Shown: positions 1-5,656, counted from the stretch's first letter. The stretch: 5,656 nt of DNA from Octopus sinensis (GCF_006345805.1 NW_021829944.1:1-5656), one strand, 5' to 3'. Made by a program: numbers and translations. The notes: generated by a model not told the origin, from the letters alone.

Positions 1-100
1 GAGGATGTACGGTAACTGTAATAAAATATAGATGGGTTCCCTCGATAGCTCATACATATTTACTTGTTAAACATACATAAGACATAAGTTATGGTATAAT

Positions 101-457
101 CGTGGCACTCCGTCGGTTACGACGACGTGGGTTCCAGTTGATCCGATCAACGGAACAACCTGCTCGTGAAATTAACGTGTAAGTGGCTGAGAACTCCACA
201 GACACGTATACTCTTAACGTAGTTGTTGGGAAGATTCAGCGTGATACAGTGTGTGACACGGCTGGCCCTTTGAAATACAACAGAAACAGGAAGAAAGAAT
301 GAGAGAAAGGGTTCGCCACCCCCACCCCTCTCGGAGCCTCATGGAGTTGTAGGTGTTTCCGCTCAATAAACACGCACAACGCCCTGTCTGGGAATCGAAA
401 CCGCGATTCCACGACAGCGAGTCCGCTGCCCTACCAACTGAGAATTTGTGCCTCCAC
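101..457 (-). mobile_element. tRNA-derived SINE, apparently full length, flanked by a target-site duplication
   Basis: Minus strand starts GTGGAGGCACAAATTCTCAGTTGGTAGGGCAGCGGACTCGCTGTCGTGGAATCGCGGTTTCGATTCC, with a degenerate A box and a B box (GGTTTCGATTCC). The head is clearly homologous to the SINE at 2180. Flanking direct repeats TATGGTATAAT (90-100) and TATGATATAAT (458-468) match 10/11. The body is homologous to 2741-2883. Confidence 0.88.
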
Positions 458-550
458 TATGATATAATATATGATTTGACGGAGATTTGGTTGCTATATC
501 TTTTTTATATTTATAACTTGTAGCGCTTCCCTTACTGGCTTATACATACT

Positions 551-601
551 CACACACGTACATACATATGTGTGCATGTGTGTGTGTGTCGCGCGCGCGT
601 G
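551..601. repeat. Alternating purine-pyrimidine tract: (CA)n/(TA)/(TG)n followed by (CG)5
   Basis: Read directly. Alternation is unbroken over 551-589, there is a phase break at 589-590 (TC), then CGCGCGCGCGTG over 590-601. Confidence 0.9.
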
Positions 602-1209
602 GGTGAGCAAGACTTGATGGTTTGATTTGACAAAGATCTGAACGCAATTTCTACAACGACAGTATATTATGTAAAGACTCCCACGTTGGCCCATCCAAAT
701 GTGATATGTGTATGGGTGTGCATGAGTGTGTTTGTGTATAAATATATTAGACAATAGGGGGTAATTACATGATAATTTGGGAACCACTTCTTGAATTTCA
801 AAACACTGAAAGCCAATGTCTTTTTAACATATCTGCCATATAATATGACATAAAAATATAAACAAACCGACGCCATCAGTCCCCATCCTTTTCTCTCTTA
901 AGCTGTCTCACACTTCATATATATTTCTTATTCTCCATCTCTCTACATTCTATTTTTCTAGAAAGGGTAAAAGTAACTTTTTAAAATAGAATGAAAACAG
1001 AGAGTTTGACGCTACATAAACGTATTGAGAATCTTTCTTTTATTGATAATTTCAACTTTTCTTTTCATCTTTACATGTTTCTCCATTTTGCTAATGTTAC
1101 TCGATATCAACTTTCATTCTTTAAACATCACCTTTCTTAACAGTCAGTAAGCAAGGTTTAAAGGAGACTTATGTTCCTATAACCTGTGTTAATTCTGTAA
1201 CCCTATAAA

Positions 1210-1493
1210 ATGGAAGATAAGAAAGTTCATTTTCGGCACTTGATGATTTGGAAACCAGACAAAAATTGCTGCAGCTCGACTGGGATATGTTACCCCCACC
1301 CTCCATATTCACCAGATATTTCTCCTTCGGATTTCCACTTATTCAGGTCTCTGCAGAATAGTCTTAATGGTAAAAATTTCAATTCCTTAGATGACGTAAA
1401 AATATACCTTGAGGAATTCTTTGTCATGAAGACACCACAATTCTGGGAAGAGGGTATTTTCAAGTTAAAGGAAAGATAGATTTGGTTGATTAA
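1210..1493 (+). pseudogene. Internally deleted mariner (DD34D) transposase relic
   Basis: The mariner-like N-terminus MEDKKVHFRHLMIW is joined directly to C-terminal catalytic-domain sequence. TRQKLLQLDWDMLP reads in the shifted frame from 1254. It is followed by HPPYSPDISPSDFHLFRSLQNSLNGKNF...EEGIFKLKER, which contains the YSPDLAPSD-type motif with the third catalytic Asp. The usual W-x6-NG-x-Y tail is missing after KER (TAG at 1477-1479), and a residual TTG GTT GAT TAA (LVD*) sits at 1482-1493. Confidence 0.93.
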
Positions 1494-1534
1494 AAATGTA
1501 ATGGCAAGTGTTTATCGACCTTTTTCTTTCCTTT

Positions 1535-1568
1535 AAAAATCGGCACGAATTTTCCGGACAACCCAATA
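1535..1568 (+). mobile_element. Right terminal inverted repeat of the mariner element plus TA target dinucleotide
   Basis: AAAAATCGGCACGAATTTTCCGGACAACCCAA-TA; its reverse complement TA-TTGGGTTGTCCGGAAAATTCGTGCCGATTTTT is a typical mariner TIR opening. It lies about 40 nt after the relic stop codon. I found no matching left TIR in the window. Confidence 0.8.
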
Positions 1569-2034
1569 TCATTTATTACTGTTCTTTCTCGTGTTGTGCA
1601 TGTATATCGTATAGTATAAACCTTTACATATATAAATAACGTGAAATACACGAAGGGACGAACATAAGAGACAGACGGGTCATTCAAAGCCTTCGTTCTT
1701 CAGTCAGAAACCGATTCATCATCGCAATTTTCGGCTGTTTAATTCTGAGATCTGCTCTGAATCGGCCAGCCCCAGAAGGAAAGAATGCCACGCAACAGAG
1801 ACGAACGTGAAACGAAAAAAACTTTTTTGAAGACAGTAACGGTTAAAAACAAGGATGACATATTGTTTTATGTACATCTAATGTGCTAACTGTAAGTAAA
1901 GATACGATAATGTAAGTGACAAGTTTATTTTAATACAAAACTTGTAATCTTTTACAAAATATTTTAAGCTTACATTTGTCTGCGATTCTGATACCAATGT
2001 GTTCATAAAAAAATCACCTCATCTTACGTATAGC

Positions 2035-2179
2035 GACGATATTTAAGCTAACGATGACGAAATCAAGATACGTAACCAAGATGATTGTGTAATCGATACT
2101 GAAGCTAATGTAATTTAGGCTGACGATGATGCATTTGAAGTTGACGCTGACGATTTAGAGGTTGATAACGACGAAGTTT
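2035..2179 (+). repeat. Degenerate 21-bp minisatellite built from GAC/GAT/GAA triplets
   Basis: Units include ATTTAAGCTAACGATGACGAA (2041), ATTTAGGCTGACGATGATGCA (2113), TTTGAAGTTGACGCTGACGAT (2134) and TTAGAGGTTGATAACGACGAA (2155). Triplet register is kept throughout, with two in-frame stops (2044, 2116). Confidence 0.7.
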
Positions 2180-2445
2180 GTGGAGGCGCGTGGCTTAGTG
2201 GTTAAGGTGTCAGCATCATGATCGTAAGATTGTGGTTTCGATTCCTGGACCGGGCGACGCGTTGTGTTCTTGAGCAAAACACTTCATTTCACGTTGCTCC
2301 AGTTCACTCAGCTGGCAAAAATGAGTAACGCCGCGATGGACTGGCGTCCCGTCCAGCTGGGGAACACATACGCCATTGAAACCGAGGAAATCGGGCCCAT
2401 GAGCCTGGCTAGGCTTTATAAAGGGCGCGTTTATTTTTTTATATT
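2180..2445 (+). mobile_element. Full-length tRNA-derived SINE with CORE-like segment and perfect 10-bp TSD
   Basis: A box TGGCTTAGTGG (2191-2201) and B box GGTTTCGATTCC (2234-2245). A CORE-like segment TGTGTTCTTGAGCAAAACACTT...GCTCCAGTTCACTCAGCTG...AAATGAGTA follows, then a T-rich tail at 2430-2445. GACGAAGTTT is duplicated exactly at 2170-2179 and 2446-2455. Confidence 0.93.
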
Positions 2446-2740
2446 GACGAAGTTTAGAAGGAAATTATGTATGTTAACGTGCATGAACCAACCACATATT
2501 AACACGAATAACACATCACTAGGTTGAAATATTTAAAACGAAACAAGATAAAAAATATAGCTTGTGAGTATGAACCCGCAATGTCAAACTATGACCTTTG
2601 ATGCTCGTAGGGGACGCTTAACCCGATTCCCAAGGTGCTGAAAACAGCAGGTAGATATTATCGGAAAAAATACCCATTTGTTATTAAACAAGTTAAGACT
2701 TATTTATGATGTAAATAAGCACATGGGTCCCAATCAGTTT

Positions 2741-2883
2741 CGTTTCGATGTTGAGGATTCGGTTTCTTGATCAAGAGATTTTCACATTTCCTGAATGGAC
2801 TTGTACTTGACTGAGTATTCCGCAGACATACGCATCTCTAACGTACATCCTTGGTAGAATCAGCGTGACGTAGTGCGATACGG
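2741..2883 (-). mobile_element. Old headless fragment of the same SINE body as 101-457
   Basis: Ungapped alignment of 2811-2875 to 187-251 gives 43/65 identities by hand. GATCAA at 2769 and at 145 falls in the same register (offset 2624). Similarity continues left to about 2741 with a small indel. Confidence 0.75.
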
Positions 2884-2938
2884 ATCCTCCTGTATCTTCT
2901 TTTACCCAAAGCCAGAAACTTGTCAACACCCTATCGCA
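2883..2938. mobile_element. Mariner-type MITE fragment ending in a TIR (terminus at 2938)
   Basis: The reverse complement of 2908-2938 (TGCGATAGGGTGTTGACAAGTTTCTGGCTTT) matches the TIR at 2995-3026 at 24/32 aligned columns. Confidence 0.7.
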
Positions 2939-2996
2939 GTGGTGGTCTATATTGGCAAGGAGACTATAATGGTGGTTTGTGTTGACTAGGAGAGTA
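2937..2996. repeat. Two-copy 30-bp tandem repeat between the two MITE termini
   Basis: 2937-2966 versus 2967-2996: 22/30 identical, and 6 of the 8 differences are transitions. Confidence 0.75.
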
Positions 2997-3135
2997 CGAG
3001 GGGGATGCTGAAAAGTTCCTGGTTTTAAGGGTATTGTGAAAGGCCTAGTTGGCCGCCCAACCTTCTGAGTTCTTTTAGAAAATCTGAAGAACCACTGCAA
3101 TAAGTGGAATATACTGAATAAAATAATTAACTGAT
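2995..3135. mobile_element. Mariner-type MITE fragment beginning with a TIR
   Basis: Opens TA-CGAGGGGGATGCTGAAAAGTTCCTGG, a TACGAGGG...AAAAGTT mariner-type terminus. The internal sequence (minus strand TTTTATTCAGTATATTCC...CACTTATTGCAGTGG) resembles mariner subterminal sequence as I recall it. It has no coding capacity. Confidence 0.75.
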
Positions 3136-3145
3136 ACTCATGTAC

Positions 3146-3207
3146 GTGGTCAAGGTGGTCGAGGTGGTGGTGGTGGTGGTGGTGTGATGGTGGGGTGGTG
3201 TTGGTGG
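3146..3207. repeat. (GGT)n microsatellite, 7 perfect units at 3163-3183 with degenerate flanks
   Basis: Read directly. It accounts for the poly-His run in the 2771..3241 ORF. Confidence 0.92.
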
Positions 3208-3358
3208 CTTCTTTTAGTTTCCATCCACCAAATCTACTCACAAAGGCTTTGGATGGCCCGAGGCTATAGCAGAAGACGCAAGGTGCCGCAAAGTGGAACT
3301 GAACCCTGAACCATGAGTTTGGGAAGCAAGCTTTTTACCACACAGCCGCTCCTGCACC
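3206..3358 (-). mobile_element. tRNA-derived SINE 5' part, same family as 5546-5656
   Basis: Minus strand reads GGTGCAGGAGCGGCTGTGTGGTAAAAAGCTTGCTTCCCAAACTCATGGTTCAGGGTTCAGTTCC (A box and B-box-like GGTTCAGTTCC). About 87/114 aligned columns are identical to the 5546 copy, with a net 6-nt deletion in the CCTTGGGCAAGT segment. Confidence 0.9.
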
Positions 3359-3360
3359 TA

Positions 3361-3421
<61 letters not shown>

Positions 3422-3468
3422 GTCTGTCTGTCCTGTCTGTCTGCTGTCTGTCTGTCTGTCTGTATCTA

Positions 3469-3500
<32 letters not shown>

Positions 3501-3558
3501 TATCTATACTATCTATATATATATATATTATAATATATATATATAGATATATATATAT
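3359..3558. repeat. Compound microsatellite (TATC)15-(TGTC)n-(TATC)n-(TA)n
   Basis: 15 perfect TATC units at 3361-3420, TGTC units to about 3460, TATC again to about 3514, then TA-rich to 3558. Confidence 0.97.
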
Positions 3559-3739
3559 CCATACAGAGAGAGAATATGGAGAGGAGAGCGATAGATAGAT
3601 AAATAGATTAATTATGATGAGATGGCTGTACAGACATAATACATAGCTAGAATGATAGATATATGGAAGGATAAGTTAGTGTTAACATATTTAATAGAGA
3701 AAGTATTAAAATGAGATAGATTGAGAGGAGTATGTGAGG

Positions 3740-3746
<7 letters not shown>

Positions 3747-3792
<46 letters not shown>
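3747..3792. repeat. (AG)23 microsatellite
   Basis: Read directly. Confidence 0.97.
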
Positions 3793-3797
<5 letters not shown>

Positions 3798-4080
3798 CAG
3801 ACAGACAGGAGCGAGGGGGGACAGAGAAGTGGGTACAAAAACACTGTGTGAATGTCTTAAAAGTTAATGGTATTTAACATATATATAACTGGAAATGATT
3901 GAGTCAGTCAGACAGACAGATTAAGTTTGTGTTAACATAATTAATGAAGGGAGCACTAAAGAAGTTAACGAGAAATATGATGTGAGGAATGTGGGTGGTG
4001 GTCGTATGGGGGAGGGGCTGGATATTTTTTCTTTCTTTCTTTCTTTTTTTTTCTTTTTGTTTATTGTTCGTTTCGCTCAG

Positions 4081-4148
4081 CAGACTTGCGGCCATGCTGA
4101 GGCACAACCTTGAAGAATTTTTAGCCGAAGAAGAGACTCGATCACAAG
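4081..4148 (+). CDS. Candidate 68-nt coding exon of an unidentified spliced gene
   Basis: A pyrimidine tract (4024-4078) in an AG-free zone after 4014 ends in CTCAG|CAG. The donor is AAG|GTAGGT at 4148/4149. Only one frame is open (from 4082): RLAAMLRHNLEEFLAEEETRSQ. I do not recognise the peptide and have no transcript evidence. Confidence 0.42.
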
Positions 4149-4206
4149 GTAGGTAGGTAGGGGAACAACCAACAGGTGTGTCAGTTTAATTCTCGGGAAA
4201 AAATGG

Positions 4207-4244
4207 AAAAGTCTTTGACGTTTCGAGCCTAAGCCCTTAGACAG
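4207..4244 (-). other. Decayed hammerhead-ribozyme-like motif, probably from a Penelope-like element terminus
   Basis: Minus strand reads CTGTCTA-A-GGGC-TTAG-GCTC-GAAA-CGTC-AAA-GAC-TTTT. Stem II (4 bp with one G-U), the GAAAC core half and a GTC/GAC stem III are present. CUGANGA is mutated at two positions and no stem I is evident. Confidence 0.5.
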
Positions 4245-4262
4245 AAAAGTATGAGAGGGAAA

Positions 4263-4268
<6 letters not shown>

Positions 4269-4304
<36 letters not shown>
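4269..4304. repeat. (AG)18 microsatellite
   Basis: Read directly. Confidence 0.97.
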
Positions 4305-4315
<11 letters not shown>

Positions 4316-4367
4316 AAATGTGTCGGGAATAAGGTTCCACGTGTTGAAATATACGTGTGTGTGTCTG

Positions 4368-4391
4368 TATATATATATATACAGGACACAC

Positions 4392-4424
<33 letters not shown>

Positions 4425-4454
4425 TATAGATATATATTATATATATATGTATAC

Positions 4455-4499
<45 letters not shown>

Positions 4500-4583
4500 G
4501 TATATATAATATATCTATATATATATTATATATAATATATATATATCTATATATATATATATGTATATAATATATATATATAT

Positions 4584-4633
<50 letters not shown>

Positions 4634-4634
4634 T
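4368..4634. repeat. Long interrupted (TA)n microsatellite
   Basis: About 265 nt, almost entirely alternating T/A with occasional interruptions. Confidence 0.97.
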
Positions 4635-5419
4635 ACATACGTACATATATGTGTTCATAGATTAATTAAAAAACCGATAGAGAAACTAACAAGAAACAGT
4701 TACAGCCGATTGAATTGTCTCAGTAACATTCAATGCTAATAACAACATCGATCCCTGAGGAAAGATGTACAAAAATTAATATGGCGCCGACGGATTTGAA
4801 CAAGGCAATATAAATAATGTAAAGCATTTAGACCAGTGCTGTATATATTTCTGAAAATTAAACTAATCTTTTTCTATTAATTAAAAAGAAAAAATCTTAA
4901 GACAAAAAAAATATTAACTGCACTAATATTACACAGCCGTTCCACCTCTCCGGCCCGTGACGGCTCCATTAGGGCGGAGGTAGTTTTATTTTTTTTATTG
5001 TATTTTATTTTTATTTTTTTAAAGTTTTTCTTTATTTTTTTGTTGTTGTTTTAAGCTCATAACTCTCTGACGTCGGCCCAAAATACATTTTTGAATAAGA
5101 GAGTTGCAAATTACAAATAATTTCACTTGAGAGCAAAACATAAAAAAAATGGGCAGATTAAATGAGCATCCAGAAAGAATGATATATAATCATGCATACA
5201 TATATATGTATAGATATATATAAATAATAGAAATATTAAAATTACTAAGTCTCTATAAAAGAGATTACGACATTATATCTATAAGAATGCCATTTTAATA
5301 TGGCGATAACAATTAATTTATATATAAATACAAATATAAGTTTGATAAGTGTCGACGCACGAACCTCTCAGGTTTTGAGTCACTCTGTTACTTCTGTTAA
5401 ATATTAATAAGAATATCAG

Positions 5420-5545
5420 TATATTATATTATCATATATATCCTATATATATATATATATTATATATATATATATTATATATATATATATATATAGATTC
5501 TATATAATATATATATATATATATATATAATATAATATATATATA
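5420..5545. repeat. Interrupted (TA)n microsatellite
   Basis: Read directly. It abuts the SINE head at 5546. Confidence 0.95.
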
Positions 5546-5656
5546 GGCGCAGGAGTGGGCTGTGGTAAGTAACTTGCTTACCAACCACATGGTTCTAGGT
5601 TCAGTCCACTGCGTGGCATCTTGGGCAAGTGTCTTCTTCTATAGCCTCGGGCCGAC
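5546..5656 (+). mobile_element. tRNA-derived SINE 5' part, cut by the window end
   Basis: GGCGCAGGAGTGGGCTGTGGTAAG...GGTTCAGTCC...TCTTGGGCAAGTGTCTT. Homologous and inverted relative to 3206-3358. Confidence 0.9.

Noticed and set aside
494-876. ORFs 494..787 and 667..876 (-)
   Set aside because: His/Thr-rich composition comes from (TG)n tracts. No recognisable domain or supporting splice structure.
962-972. Possible 5- or 11-nt exon after TTTTTCTAG (961)
   Set aside because: Neither length preserves frame, the donors are mediocre, and such matches are expected by chance in T-rich DNA.
1490-1687. ORF 1490..1687 (-)
   Set aside because: Runs through the mariner TIR and 3' UTR in antisense, with no protein-like signal.
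1646-1736. Second hammerhead candidate: minus-strand CTGAAGA (1703-1697) with a 7-bp stem ACGAAGG/CCTTCGT
   Set aside because: The stem is followed by GTAT rather than GAAA. The only nearby GAAA lies upstream with no workable stems I and III. Probably part of an unclassified repeat.
2180-2255. tRNA genes at the SINE heads (also 380-457, 3290-3358, 5546-5610)
   Set aside because: A and B boxes are present, but no acceptor stem can be formed and each head runs into SINE body sequence.
2264-2527. ORF 2264..2527 (+)
   Set aside because: Lies inside the SINE and reads across its tail and TSD; a chance open frame.
2771-3241. 156-aa ORF with a poly-His run (-)
   Set aside because: Crosses four unrelated repeat pieces (SINE, (CCA)n, MITE halves, SINE body). 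The His run is the microsatellite.
3991-4021. G-quadruplex upstream of the candidate exon
   Set aside because: Only three runs of three or more G, so a canonical three-tetrad quadruplex is not supported.
3313-4535. Low-complexity ORFs 3313..3546, 3647..3844, 3904..4107, 4077..4391, 4229..4456 and 4251..4535
   Set aside because: Mostly translations of (TATC)n, (AG)n, (TA)n and poly-pyrimidine tracts, which lack stops in some frames.
4755-4790. CTGAGGA hammerhead core half
   Set aside because: No stem II or GAAA follows.
5061-5105. 8-bp inverted repeat AACTCTCT/AGAGAGTT around a CRE-like TGACGTC
   Set aside because: A short low-complexity stem with a 29-nt loop and an imperfect CRE; within chance expectation.
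5376-5382. AP-1 consensus TGAGTCA
   Set aside because: A single 7-mer is expected by chance in a window of this size, and there is no supporting context.
1-5656. CRISPR array or prokaryotic operon
   Set aside because: No repeat-spacer periodicity and no dense coding structure. SINEs, microsatellites and splice signals indicate a eukaryotic genome.

Overview
AT-rich eukaryotic non-coding DNA, probably intronic, and a dense mosaic of repeats. The SINE and MITE sequences resemble Octopus repeats as I remember them, so a coleoid cephalopod origin is an inference, not a database result. The window holds four tRNA-headed SINE copies (two with clear target-site duplications) and an old headless SINE-body fragment. 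It also has an internally deleted mariner element with its right TIR, a mariner-type MITE whose two halves lie in permuted order, a degenerate 21-bp repeat and many microsatellites. One plausible 68-nt spliced exon (4081-4148, +) and a decayed hammerhead-like motif just downstream on the opposite strand are also present. No intact gene, functional tRNA, CRISPR array or prokaryotic feature is supported. Eight of the nine supplied ORFs look spurious; the ninth is a transposase relic. I cannot claim a new biological system. The best leads are the permuted MITE with TA-bounded spacer units, the exon bracketed by an inverted SINE pair, the hammerhead relic and the modular SINE domains.
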